The notes beneath the pieces were generated by a model that was not told the origin of the DNA, searched no databases, and saw only the letters and a program-made list of their open reading frames with translations. From assembly GCA_020348985.1 (NCBI GenBank), contig CP070761.1, positions 1,394,845-1,426,244 of the forward strand: a stretch of DNA of 31,400 bases, given 5' to 3'. This document shows, in pieces, positions 17,690-27,260 of the stretch. A program made the translations under genes and the position numbers. Source of the stretch: Candidatus Thorarchaeota archaeon (GTDB taxonomy: Archaea > Asgardarchaeota > Thorarchaeia > Thorarchaeales > Thorarchaeaceae). How positions within the stretch are numbered: the stretch's first letter is position 1; each line of letters starts with the position of its first letter.

Positions 17690-18153
17690 GCAGGTGGAGG
17701 GAAGATGCGAACTCGTGTCTGGACGATGAGGTGCCCAGTGATTCCTGGACCGGTGATAATTGTGACAGTGTAGTTTGCAACAAGTGCGTCGGTCCATGGT
17801 GAGGTGTAGATTCTGCCACCTAACGAAACAGCCGAAAAGACCACTTCATCGGTGCGATTGGTGATATGGCAACTTCCTGAACCATCTACGCCCACAAAGA
17901 TGAACTGAATCTGTGACATAGACTGTTCAATGGCAAAGTCGTATGAAACCGATTGGAGAACCATTCCACCAAAGGAGATATTCACATACTCAGAGAGAAT
18001 TATAGTAGGTGATGACCACGTAGTAGGTGTCTCAGGCACATTGACTGTGTTTAGCAGAGTGAAGCCAGATACTGAAACAGCCGCGACCACGACAACTAAA
18101 GCAAAAAGGGTCTCCAAGGACTTTCTCACAGACTGTCGCTCCTCTAACAACAA
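17686..18153 (-). CDS. N-terminally anchored hypothetical protein (paralog 1)
   Basis: Basic N-terminus, TM helix, NT..VPE.P..WS.P..ILSE shared with the neighbour. The start may be GTG 18129. Confidence 0.7.
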   Translation of the reverse strand: MLLEERQSVRKSLETLFALVVVVAAVSVSGFTLLNTVNVPETPTTWSSPTIILSEYVNISFGGMVLQSVSYDFAIEQSMSQIQFIFVGVDGSGSCHITNRTDEVVFSAVSLGGRIYTSPWTDALVANYTVTIITGPGITGHLIVQTRVRIFPPPA

Positions 18154-18256
18154 ACGCGCTCTTCTTTCATTACGTGTCTATTGGCTGGTTAATCTGTCCT
18201 TCGTTGATTGGCAGATGTGTCTCCGATCGCTCCGGGCTGTTCTCTTGTCGCATACA

Positions 18257-18772
18257 CTAAGTCTCCCGGTCATTGTAGAACAGATTCGGACCTCGTGCCA
18301 GCATAGTGACTTTCCCACTCAGTGTGCCCCCGAATTCGACAAAAACGATGTACTTTCCTGGCGCGACTTTGATCCATATTGATGTGTGATTTCCAGAATC
18401 AAGACCAAAATCCAAATCACCGAGTGAGCAAATGAGGAAGTCAGAGCGGTCGGGAACGAAGAAGATATCACAGCTGTTCGCTAGGCCAAAGACACAGCAG
18501 GAAGATGGCTCATCGAGCCTGACACTGAGCTGGACTTGGGTGAACATCTGTGCGACAGTGATGTTGAACACCTGTCCCCGTAGAGAATCGCCCCAAGCCA
18601 CCAAGTATATGTCTTCAGACAGAATAGCCACAGGGATCGACCACTCGGGTTCCTCAGGAACGCCTCCCGTGTTGAAAACAACATAGACGCCCGTGGTCGC
18701 CGCGATCGAGACCACTAGGATAAGAGAAACCTCAAGAATCTCTTTCATTGACCTCCGCGGCTTGCCGGACAA
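18257..18772 (-). CDS. N-terminally anchored hypothetical protein (paralog 2)
   Basis: Same layout and NTGGVPEEPEWSIPVAILSE motif. The start may be ATG 18748. Confidence 0.7.
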   Translation of the reverse strand: MSGKPRRSMKEILEVSLILVVSIAATTGVYVVFNTGGVPEEPEWSIPVAILSEDIYLVAWGDSLRGQVFNITVAQMFTQVQLSVRLDEPSSCCVFGLANSCDIFFVPDRSDFLICSLGDLDFGLDSGNHTSIWIKVAPGKYIVFVEFGGTLSGKVTMLARGPNLFYNDRET

Positions 18773-18862
18773 GTGACTCTCCCATCATTACTTGTCCCAC
18801 TGTCAATTAAGCCTATAGGATTGCCGTGACAACCACGCCAATTCCTGGCTGTAATGGTCATT

Positions 18863-19957
18863 TCATCGCTTCTTCACTCGCCAAAGCACAAGAGCAACTA
18901 CCACAACGCCAGGCAGTCCAATTGCTAGTGCTACGAGTTCTATAGGAATGCCCTCTGGACCTTCTTCAACAGTAAGTGCGAATGCTCCAGTCTGCGTATT
19001 CCCGAGTGTATCATTCACCCACACAGTCACATCATAGTCCCCAACAGCTAGTTCTCGGATGTTAGTGATTATTCCGTCATCATCAATTGTGAAATTCTCG
19101 AGATCGTCTATCCACCATTGGTCTATTCCAGAGTAGTCTGTGGCGTTGAGGTCATAGTAAAAAGAGTCTCCGAAGTTGATTGTCTTGCCGTGAAGCGGAT
19201 GGTCCCACTTTGGAGGTGCCGCATCGTAGTCTATCGTGTTGCTAACTGAGACGTTGTCAATCGCTGGGCCTCCATGACTCCACAAAACGAAACGTTCCGA
19301 TGTGGTGTAGTCCAAGTTGACTCCTTCAAGTATAAGGACTCCGTCTAGATAGACGTAGAACTGTCCCGATGTTTCTCGGGTCACAATAATGTTCTTCCAT
19401 CCGATTATGTCATCATCATAGTAGTAGTCCATAAAGAGACCATGAGGCGTTAGGTCATGAGAGCCCCTCAAAATGCGGATTTCATGCTGTCCATCATCAG
19501 GAGTATAAAACCCAATAGCATAGCCTGGACTTCCTCGCCTTTCCTCTATTTCCCTCTCATTGAAAGTCGCGCTTATGATTGAAATGTAGAAATGGTATTC
19601 ATTTACGGGGTCCTGAATGTCTACGTCAAAGATCCAGGTTCCAAATGCAACAGAGCTATTATGTCCTGCGAAGTTGCATTCTGGTCCAGTGGCACGCAGC
19701 ACTCCACCAGTGGCCGTGAAGTTACCGGGGATGTAATAACCGGGATCTGCAGTCCAGTTTATACCATCAATATGCCAGTCACTGATGTCCTCATCGTCGA
19801 AGTCGTCCGACCAGGCAATGTCTGATGGAACATGAAGAAGTAGTGCTCTCTCGCAGACAGTCTGACTCCGAATTTCTGGAGTGTGAGAGCATGGCATGCA
19901 TGTTAACAATGCAATGACAGTTAGTGCAATCAGGAATCGTCCATACTTCTCTCTCAT
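18863..19957 (-). CDS. Surface protein: signal peptide, ConA/LamG-like domain, Ig/cadherin-like domain, C-terminal TM anchor (paralog A)
   Basis: WSDDFDD..ISDW, FYVYLDG, IDNVSV, VNDTLGN, TM followed by RVKKR; AGGAGGA SD favours ATG 19957 or 19963. Confidence 0.75.
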   Translation of the reverse strand: MREKYGRFLIALTVIALLTCMPCSHTPEIRSQTVCERALLLHVPSDIAWSDDFDDEDISDWHIDGINWTADPGYYIPGNFTATGGVLRATGPECNFAGHNSSVAFGTWIFDVDIQDPVNEYHFYISIISATFNEREIEERRGSPGYAIGFYTPDDGQHEIRILRGSHDLTPHGLFMDYYYDDDIIGWKNIIVTRETSGQFYVYLDGVLILEGVNLDYTTSERFVLWSHGGPAIDNVSVSNTIDYDAAPPKWDHPLHGKTINFGDSFYYDLNATDYSGIDQWWIDDLENFTIDDDGIITNIRELAVGDYDVTVWVNDTLGNTQTGAFALTVEEGPEGIPIELVALAIGLPGVVVVALVLWRVKKR

Positions 19958-20127
19958 TCTCATTCCTCCTGTTACCACGATTTCACAGCAGCTCTGAATC
20001 CAGTTGGTTCTGTGAACAAGGAAATGGGCAATCTTCTTCCCTAATCAGTTTAGCGAGACGAGAACGTTGGGGTGAGAAGATGAATCCCCTGTGAGTGTCA
20101 GTCTATAGTAACAGACACCACATGCCG

Positions 20128-21213
20128 TCACTTCTTCCTCGTTCTCCATAGCACGAGTACCACTACTACAACACCGGGTATCCCAATTGCTATTGCTATG
20201 AGTTCTATCGGAATAATCGCTGGACTCTCTTCAACAGTAAGGGTGAACGTTCCAGTCTGAGTATTCCCAAGCGTATCATTGACCCAGACTGTTACATCAT
20301 ACTCCCCAACAACCAGCTCTCCTGTGTTAGTGATTACTCCGTCATCATCGATAGTGAAATTCTCGACATCATCTATCCACCATTGGTCTATGCCTGAGTG
20401 GTCTGTGGCATTGAGGTCATAGTAGAACGAATCTCCTAAGACGATTGTCCTGCCGTGAAGCGGATGGGCCCACTTAGGAGGTGCCGCATCGTAGTCTATC
20501 GTGTTGCTAACGGAGACATTGTCTATTGCTGGATTAGCCATCCCATAGAAAGAAAAGCTGTCCAACGTTGTGTGTGTCAAGTCCACAGCGTCCATGATTA
20601 GGACCCCGTTTAGATACACATAGAACTGTCCCGATGGCTCACGTGTTACTATAATATTCCACCACCCTCGTATATCGGAAATAGGGTGGGTATCAAGGAA
20701 ACGAGTAGTCCCATCGACAGAGTTGACGGCGAGGCGGAGATCTCCTGAAGGACCGTCATCAAATATCCGGTGACTGATTAGGTAATTATTCCCTCTCCCC
20801 ATTAGCAGGGTTTCTTGATTGAACTCTCCCGCAAATCCCACTGCGAATCGGTCAATAGTATCGGGACGCTGAATGTCGACGTCATACCTCCAGGTACCAA
20901 ATGCAACTGAGCTATTATGATAAGCATAATGCCACTCCGGTCCGATGATTCGCATCGCGCCTCCAGAGGCTGAAATATTGCCAGGGATCAAATAGAACGG
21001 GTCTGCGGTCTCGTTGATACCAATGATATTCCAGTCGCTGATATCCTCATCATCGAAATTGTCTGACCAGACAATAGAAGATGTAGAGTATTCCACTGCC
21101 GCTCTCTGAATATCAACACCCTTTACCAACGCAGGCGCTTGGCAGACTGCTGTCATTGTCAGGATTATCGTGAGACTCAGAACGGCAAGAAACCTTCCAA
21201 CCGACTCTTTCAT
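20128..21213 (-). CDS. Surface protein, paralog B of 18863-19957
   Basis: Same motifs; near-identical C-terminal third; GGAGGAG SD before the ATG. Confidence 0.78.
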   Translation of the reverse strand: MKESVGRFLAVLSLTIILTMTAVCQAPALVKGVDIQRAAVEYSTSSIVWSDNFDDEDISDWNIIGINETADPFYLIPGNISASGGAMRIIGPEWHYAYHNSSVAFGTWRYDVDIQRPDTIDRFAVGFAGEFNQETLLMGRGNNYLISHRIFDDGPSGDLRLAVNSVDGTTRFLDTHPISDIRGWWNIIVTREPSGQFYVYLNGVLIMDAVDLTHTTLDSFSFYGMANPAIDNVSVSNTIDYDAAPPKWAHPLHGRTIVLGDSFYYDLNATDHSGIDQWWIDDVENFTIDDDGVITNTGELVVGEYDVTVWVNDTLGNTQTGTFTLTVEESPAIIPIELIAIAIGIPGVVVVVLVLWRTRKK

Positions 21214-21369
21214 CTAGTGCTCCTCCACGCACAATCTGAATTGAATTGTCTTTGTATCAGTGACTAAAATACTGTGCTGTACTCCATATCATGCTGTCAA
21301 TCATGAACAAGGATTTAGGCCACCAATCCTCTGCAGTGGGATATCTTGTCTCGTAAACGGTGACTCTTC

Positions 21370-22554
21370 ATGAGTGATTCTGAAGACACATTGGGCCCTC
21401 GATTGAAGGACTTCATCACTACGATTTGCGAAGATGTCGGACCTCGCCTCGGAACCAGCGATGAGGAGAGCCTCGCTGGAACAAGAATCGAGGAGGAGTA
21501 CAAGAGACTCTGCGATTCCACATGCAGGGAGGAGTTTACTTGCCATCCTGCGGCTTTTCTTGATAGTGTGCGCATTTCGGTATTTGTGTACATAGTTGGA
21601 CTCGTCTTCTACTATTTTGCTCCAATCCTTACGGCAATCTTCGGCTCACTTGCACTAGGCATCTTTGCAGCCGAATTGATGTACCTCAAAGAGGTTGTCG
21701 ATCCGATATTTCCTGAAAAGACTGGCTACAACGTATACGGTAAGATTCTTCCCAAAGATTCAACCAAACGGATTGCTTTGGTATCGGGTCATCATGACTC
21801 TGCATACGAGTTTCCTATTCATGAGCGATTGGGGTCGAGGTTTCCCACTTTCATCCTTCTGACCATAGGACTGGGTCTAATCACCATTATCATTAGCATC
21901 CTAAGGCTGCTGCTGCTGTCTTTCCTCCCTTCCCTTCTCACCTCCTTTGACTGGATTACATTCGTGCCTGTTGTCAGTGCATTTCCCATGCTAGTATTCG
22001 CCTTTCGTCTTCGGTCAAACAAAGTTGTACTTGGTGCTAACGATAATCTGTCAGCGGTAGCTGTCACACTGGGGGTGGGGGAGTGGTTACAGAATAACCC
22101 TCTCGAACATACGGAAGTCTGGTTAGTTTCGTTTGCATGTGAGGAGAATATGCGAGGTTCTAAGCGATTTGCATCAAGACACAAGGAAGAGCTTCAGGGC
22201 GCGTACCTGCTGAACTTCGATAGTGTTGGCGCCGGGGACTTGTATGTTTTGACCGCAGAGCCCATGTACACTACCAAACTAACTCCGGAGCTATGCGACA
22301 TGGTTATTGCAGCAGCACGTGAAGATGGAATCGAAGTCTCGGTGGGAGTCCCATCATTTGGAGGAACGGATGCATCCAATCTCATAAAAGCAGGGCTACT
22401 TGCCACTTCGGTTGTTGGAATATCATGCGGCGGTTTCATAGAGAATTGGCATAGTCTCAATGATACCCCTGAAGCAATAGACGATGAAGTGCTAGTAAGC
22501 GCTGTTAGATTGGCGATTGCCTTCCTCAGAAAGATTGATGGCCATCTTACGTGA
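21370..22554 (+). CDS. Membrane-bound M28 family metallopeptidase
   Basis: HHDS, GANDNLSAV, CEE, NFDSVG, TDA, WHS..DT; four TM segments inserted. Confidence 0.88.
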   Translation: MSDSEDTLGPRLKDFITTICEDVGPRLGTSDEESLAGTRIEEEYKRLCDSTCREEFTCHPAAFLDSVRISVFVYIVGLVFYYFAPILTAIFGSLALGIFAAELMYLKEVVDPIFPEKTGYNVYGKILPKDSTKRIALVSGHHDSAYEFPIHERLGSRFPTFILLTIGLGLITIIISILRLLLLSFLPSLLTSFDWITFVPVVSAFPMLVFAFRLRSNKVVLGANDNLSAVAVTLGVGEWLQNNPLEHTEVWLVSFACEENMRGSKRFASRHKEELQGAYLLNFDSVGAGDLYVLTAEPMYTTKLTPELCDMVIAAAREDGIEVSVGVPSFGGTDASNLIKAGLLATSVVGISCGGFIENWHSLNDTPEAIDDEVLVSAVRLAIAFLRKIDGHLT

Positions 22555-25406
22555 GCCGCATACGTGAGCCAACCCCTTCTAGACTTGGAGGATTCCTAAC
22601 ATTGGAGACACAAGAATCCGGAGAGACCATACTGGACTACAATGAATGCCTAGCTAGTCTGGGTTCGAGTCCAGAAGGCCTTACTCAAGAAGAAGCAATC
22701 GGAAGACTGGACGAATACGGTCCAAACGAGCTTACACTCGCAAAAAGGGAGAATCCAATCTACTTGTTCTTGCGTCAGTTCAAGTCGCCTTTGGTCTACG
22801 TTCTCATACTTGCAGCTGCGATATCCATTCTTGCCGATCACGTGATAGACGCTGTTGTGATTGCAGTCATATTGGTCATCAATGCAATCATTGGATTCGT
22901 CCAAGAGTGGAATGCGGAAAGGACCATAGAATCTGTACGTGAGCTCATCGAGGAGAGATCCCTGGTCGTAAGGCAGGGAGAAGAGACTGATATCCCATCT
23001 AGAGAAATCGTGCCAGGTGACGTGTTGCTGCTGAGAGCCGGTGAGAGAGTGCCCGCGGACAGTAGAGTCTTGTTCGAAAGGAATTTGCATGTTGATGAAA
23101 GCCTTCTGACAGGCGAAAGCGTCCCCATAAAGAAGGAGGTCGTGTGTCTTTTAGAGGATCCACACTATTACGAGAAGTCCAATCAGGTCTTTGCAGGATC
23201 CTATGTTACCGAGGGAAGAGCAAGAGTACTGGTGGAGAAGACAGGGGATGCCACGGTTCTTGGAGAAATCAACCGAGAGCTTGCTGAAGTTGAGCAAGAA
23301 GACACGACGGTTATGGTACGTCTGAGACGGCTTGGCGTCTTCTTTCTGATTGCAGCATTCGCCCTCGTAGCTCTTAGCTTCCTACTCGGCTTGTACAGGC
23401 AGATAGAGACAACAGAGCTATTACTATTCTCGCTATCTGCTCTTGTATCAGCGATTCCTGAAGGGCTCGTGGCAATCGTTACGGTTGTTCTGTCTGTTGG
23501 TGTGCGCCAGTTGTCTCAGAAAAAGGTGATAGTCAGGAATCTTGGTGTTGTCGAAACTCTGGGAGTTGTGAACGTCATCTGCTCCGACAAGACGGGAACA
23601 CTCACGAAGAACCAGATGATGGTTCGAAGAATCTTCACTCCCAACCACATGTTTGAAGTAAGTGGCAGTGGATTCGACCCCGAGTCAGGAGGAATCTTCC
23701 TTGAGGGTTGTGGCCCACTGGGATGCCTAAGGTCTCCCGGGACAGAGATAGAAAGCGATGAATCATTGAAGATTCCAATAAGAGGGGAGATTCTCGAGGA
23801 TTTTCCTGACCTTGAGATGCTGCTGAGCTGCATGGCTATGGCTAACGATTCCGATGTCTATGCCAAATGCCTCAACGAAGATGATCCTGTCCGCAAGTGC
23901 ACGGGTGAAGATAGGGTTTGGAAGATAAAAGGATCGCCAACTGAAGCGGCATTGCTGGTTGCCTTGGATAAGGCCAATCTTCACAGGTATGTTCTGGATG
24001 AAACTTGGCCGCGCGCATCAGAGATACCATTCACAAGCGACCGTAAGTACATGGCTACGTTTCACATCCCAAGAAGGCAGGAAGACACCCTTGCCGTGTC
24101 TAGTGGAAATGGTTTGCTTATTGCCAAGGGAGCTCCAGAAGTTATCGAAAGGTTTCTTTCTCAACCGTCGGGCACAGACGGGATTGTCGCCGAATTTGCC
24201 TCCCAGGGTCTTAGGGTTCTCGCTTGTGCAATGAAAGAGATTCCTATAGATTCACCTCAGATACGTGAGGAAGATCTCACGGAGATGACGTTTCTGGGTC
24301 TTTGTGGTATCAATGACCCACCACGTGAAGGAGCCAGAGACTACGTAGCGAAATCCAAGAAAGCTGGTATAGATGTCATAATGATAACCGGGGATAACCC
24401 ATTCACTGCCGAAGCAATCGGCAAAGAAGTGGGCATCTTCAATCCAGAACTAGGACACACAAGCCTTACGGGTGACGACATCGATGCGATGGATGACGAT
24501 GAACTCGAAGAAGCATTGTCCAGAGGAGCAAAGATTCTGTCGCGTACAAGCCCTATCCATAAACTCCGAGTCGTCAAGGCCCTGCAGAATCAAGAGTTTC
24601 TAGTGAGTATGACAGGAGATGGAGTAAATGACAGCCCGGCTCTACGTCAGGCAAATGTCGGAATAGCCATGGGAATCACTGGGACCGACATTGCCAAAGA
24701 GGCCGCAGACATCGTTCTACAAGATGAGAGATTTGGGGTCATAATTGATGGTGTAGAGGAAGGTCGCCATATTCTCGACTCGTTGCGAAGAGTCGTGCTG
24801 TTCCTCACATCTACGAACTTTGCAGAAAGCTTTGCTATCCTAGGAATATTGCTTCTGTTCCCGAATCCAATACTGCTCCTGCCACTGCAGATTCTGTGGA
24901 TCAACCTAGTGACCGATGGAATGCTAGACGTAGCTCTCTCGCTAGAACCAAAGGAACAGGGGTTACTAGATAGGCCTCCAGGGTCTCTCAATGACCGAAT
25001 TCTGTCAAAGAACACTCTAGGGCGTGCTGTATTGTTTGGCTTCGTCATGGCTGCATTTGTGATTTTCATCTACTTCCAGCATCTTGGTCAACCCACAGAG
25101 AAGATCCGAACAATGCTGTTTGTGTCACTAATCATTCTTCAATGGTACAGCGTACAGAATTGCAGGTCCCCTTCGAAGTCAATAGCCGAGATTGGATTAT
25201 TGAGCAACAAGGTCATACTCTTGGTATACATGATTAACATCTTCTTGGTGGGCATTCTTTTCGTCTTTCCTCCACTAACAAGTGTCTTTAGACTTGTACA
25301 ACTTGAGCTCTGGGAGTGGGTTGAGATTGCTGTATTTGGTGTCGTGTTGCTCCTCGTGGAAGAGTTCAGAAAGCAAGCAGCGAGCAGAATCGAATCTAAG
25401 TCTTAG
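22551..25406 (+). CDS. P-type ATPase, P2A (Ca2+-type) subfamily
   Basis: TGES, AIPEGL, DKTGTLT, KGAPE, DPPR, TGD, GDGVNDSPAL, M5 N..E, M6 NLVTD. The start may be TTG 22602 (GGAGG upstream). Confidence 0.95.
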   Translation: MSRIREPTPSRLGGFLTLETQESGETILDYNECLASLGSSPEGLTQEEAIGRLDEYGPNELTLAKRENPIYLFLRQFKSPLVYVLILAAAISILADHVIDAVVIAVILVINAIIGFVQEWNAERTIESVRELIEERSLVVRQGEETDIPSREIVPGDVLLLRAGERVPADSRVLFERNLHVDESLLTGESVPIKKEVVCLLEDPHYYEKSNQVFAGSYVTEGRARVLVEKTGDATVLGEINRELAEVEQEDTTVMVRLRRLGVFFLIAAFALVALSFLLGLYRQIETTELLLFSLSALVSAIPEGLVAIVTVVLSVGVRQLSQKKVIVRNLGVVETLGVVNVICSDKTGTLTKNQMMVRRIFTPNHMFEVSGSGFDPESGGIFLEGCGPLGCLRSPGTEIESDESLKIPIRGEILEDFPDLEMLLSCMAMANDSDVYAKCLNEDDPVRKCTGEDRVWKIKGSPTEAALLVALDKANLHRYVLDETWPRASEIPFTSDRKYMATFHIPRRQEDTLAVSSGNGLLIAKGAPEVIERFLSQPSGTDGIVAEFASQGLRVLACAMKEIPIDSPQIREEDLTEMTFLGLCGINDPPREGARDYVAKSKKAGIDVIMITGDNPFTAEAIGKEVGIFNPELGHTSLTGDDIDAMDDDELEEALSRGAKILSRTSPIHKLRVVKALQNQEFLVSMTGDGVNDSPALRQANVGIAMGITGTDIAKEAADIVLQDERFGVIIDGVEEGRHILDSLRRVVLFLTSTNFAESFAILGILLLFPNPILLLPLQILWINLVTDGMLDVALSLEPKEQGLLDRPPGSLNDRILSKNTLGRAVLFGFVMAAFVIFIYFQHLGQPTEKIRTMLFVSLIILQWYSVQNCRSPSKSIAEIGLLSNKVILLVYMINIFLVGILFVFPPLTSVFRLVQLELWEWVEIAVFGVVLLLVEEFRKQAASRIESKS

Positions 25407-25885
25407 ACAGTGCGTATCTCTCTCGCTCTAGCTTGCTCGTATACTTGCTCTGTTTCTCCAATGAGTTTGGCGAGAATCCGATGGAATTGGCTGACCTCTC
25501 TATCGCTAAGTGACTCAAAGAGGCTAGACATGGCTTCCTGATGTTCCCGTTCCCTTGAATCCCAGAAACTCTGGTTATTCTCAGTCAGACGCAAAAGCCA
25601 CCTTCTTCTATCCCTCTCATCCCGTACCATCTCTACAAATCCCCTCTTCTCAAGTTGGTGCGCTATCTGCTTGACATTCTGATGGGATGTGCTTATCATT
25701 TCGGCTACTTGGCTTATCGAGGGTGTCTCCTCGAATCCCCTTTGTATCACTATTAATGTCAAGAGCTGCTTGGTCGTGAGACCATCTTTCTTGAGCACGC
25801 TATCGGTGATGTATTCAAATCGCCGGCTCAATAGAAAGAGATAACCGAACGATTCTGACATTTTGCTGATTCTCTCTCGGTCCAC
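25403..25885 (-). CDS. MarR family regulator
   Basis: LTTKQ, SHQNVKQIAHQLEKRGFV, DERDRR...LT. Confidence 0.92.
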   Translation of the reverse strand: MDRERISKMSESFGYLFLLSRRFEYITDSVLKKDGLTTKQLLTLIVIQRGFEETPSISQVAEMISTSHQNVKQIAHQLEKRGFVEMVRDERDRRRWLLRLTENNQSFWDSREREHQEAMSSLFESLSDREVSQFHRILAKLIGETEQVYEQARAREIRTV

Positions 25886-25888
25886 TTC

Positions 25889-26797
25889 TTACTCGCCTGA
25901 CTTATTTCTGCTAAGCAGGGCCCGTATCTTATCTTTTATCAAATAGTAGAGACCTGCCCATGCAAGAATGCCCAATACTGGGAAGATGATCAAACCGGCG
26001 GCCGCAGCACCCGCAATCTCCGGATCTCCGCTGAGCACCTGAACTAGTGCCATAGTGTTCACAGCTGTACCTAGGGTGACAAAGAACCCAAAGAACAGAA
26101 GAACAATCGGATACGCTTTCTTCGGTCTTGTAATCAAGAGATACAACGAAATGAATCCGACAGGTATTGAGATTCCAAGGTCAAGGTATCTGATTACCCA
26201 AAACACTGTTGGTGAGGATTGGTAAGACCCACTCGACGTGTTCCCTGTAGCCAGTACTTCAAAGACATCACTCGACCACATGAAAGCGAAGAATAGAAGG
26301 AATACACTTAGCAATCCTACGTAGATTCGAAGGCCTCTGCGACTGAACTCCGGTGCGTCGTCGTCTGTGAACATGGACAGACTGCTCATACCCATTATGA
26401 GCCCGCCCACTATCATGGCCCAGAATAGCCAGAAGTAGTTCTCGATATTGCCTGTGTAGGCTGGATTGCTCCACTCCTGTCCAATACCGTAAGAGAGCCC
26501 AGTGTAAATCAGGGTGATTGGGGTCAAAATGAGGAAGTACTTCGAGCCGTCTCGCTTCATCAAATGCAAAACTCCTCCAATCAGCAGAATAGGAGTCAGT
26601 AGTAGAAGGCCCGCCAGATCTTGGCCCGTTGTCTGGTAGATCCCGGACTGTGAAGTCCTATGCTCCATAATCCCCAAGCCCAGCGGCCCTAGAATGGCTA
26701 TCACGACAAGAATCCCCGCACACAGTATGGCGGTCAATCCAATTGTGTATCTTTCAAAGATCTCATGCTTCAATTCACTCTTGGATTCGTTAGGCAT
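25889..26797 (-). CDS. Uncharacterised membrane protein (about 8 TM)
   Basis: TM helices with polar GQDL and YLDLG motifs; GGAGGTG SD before ATG 26797. Confidence 0.8.
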   Translation of the reverse strand: MPNESKSELKHEIFERYTIGLTAILCAGILVVIAILGPLGLGIMEHRTSQSGIYQTTGQDLAGLLLLTPILLIGGVLHLMKRDGSKYFLILTPITLIYTGLSYGIGQEWSNPAYTGNIENYFWLFWAMIVGGLIMGMSSLSMFTDDDAPEFSRRGLRIYVGLLSVFLLFFAFMWSSDVFEVLATGNTSSGSYQSSPTVFWVIRYLDLGISIPVGFISLYLLITRPKKAYPIVLLFFGFFVTLGTAVNTMALVQVLSGDPEIAGAAAAGLIIFPVLGILAWAGLYYLIKDKIRALLSRNKSGE

Positions 26798-26801
26798 TGT
26801 C

Positions 26802-27245
26802 TCATGCACCTCCAATTGGTTCCAACGTTTTGCTTCCAAATCTCTCAATGGGAATGGTGAGCCTCGTTCTCGCAACCATGATATATCCTAGCACCAAAGC
26901 TGGCACAATGAATCCGAGTGCGGCTGTGAACTGGAGGGTCATTCCCCAGATGTCAAAGATGATAGTCGCTACACTGACTACGGCGGCCCCAATCAGCCCC
27001 CATCTCTTACCAAGCCATAGGCCAACGGAGACCAACAGACCTACAACTCCCAGAGATACGAACGACAGATTCAGTATCTGTATTGTCAGTTGGGACACCT
27101 GAATATCTAGTAGCTGCACCCCAGTCACTGACATGTATGCAAAACACAATCTGAGAACCGAGTTGGTTATCCACGCCAAAAACACAAACAGAAACGCAAA
27201 CGTCCGTCCAAAGACCGTTCGCTTTGATCTTGATTCTTCAATCAT
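26802..27245 (-). CDS. Small membrane protein (about 4 TM), first gene of the MarR operon
   Basis: Hydrophobic segments; AAGGTG SD before ATG 27245. Confidence 0.75.
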   Translation of the reverse strand: MIEESRSKRTVFGRTFAFLFVFLAWITNSVLRLCFAYMSVTGVQLLDIQVSQLTIQILNLSFVSLGVVGLLVSVGLWLGKRWGLIGAAVVSVATIIFDIWGMTLQFTAALGFIVPALVLGYIMVARTRLTIPIERFGSKTLEPIGGA

Positions 27246-27260
27246 TGTCTGCACCTTTAT

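Noticed and set aside
17686-18772. Type IV pilins or archaellins
   Set aside because: No class III [KR][GA] cleavage site before the hydrophobic stretch, and no assembly genes nearby.
18863-21213. DGR template/variable repeat pair
   Set aside because: Both copies are full genes, the differences are not adenine-specific, and no reverse transcriptase is in the window.
6106-25406. 4-nt overlaps of convergent stops (6106-09, 17686-89, 25403-06)
   Set aside because: A common consequence of genome compaction.
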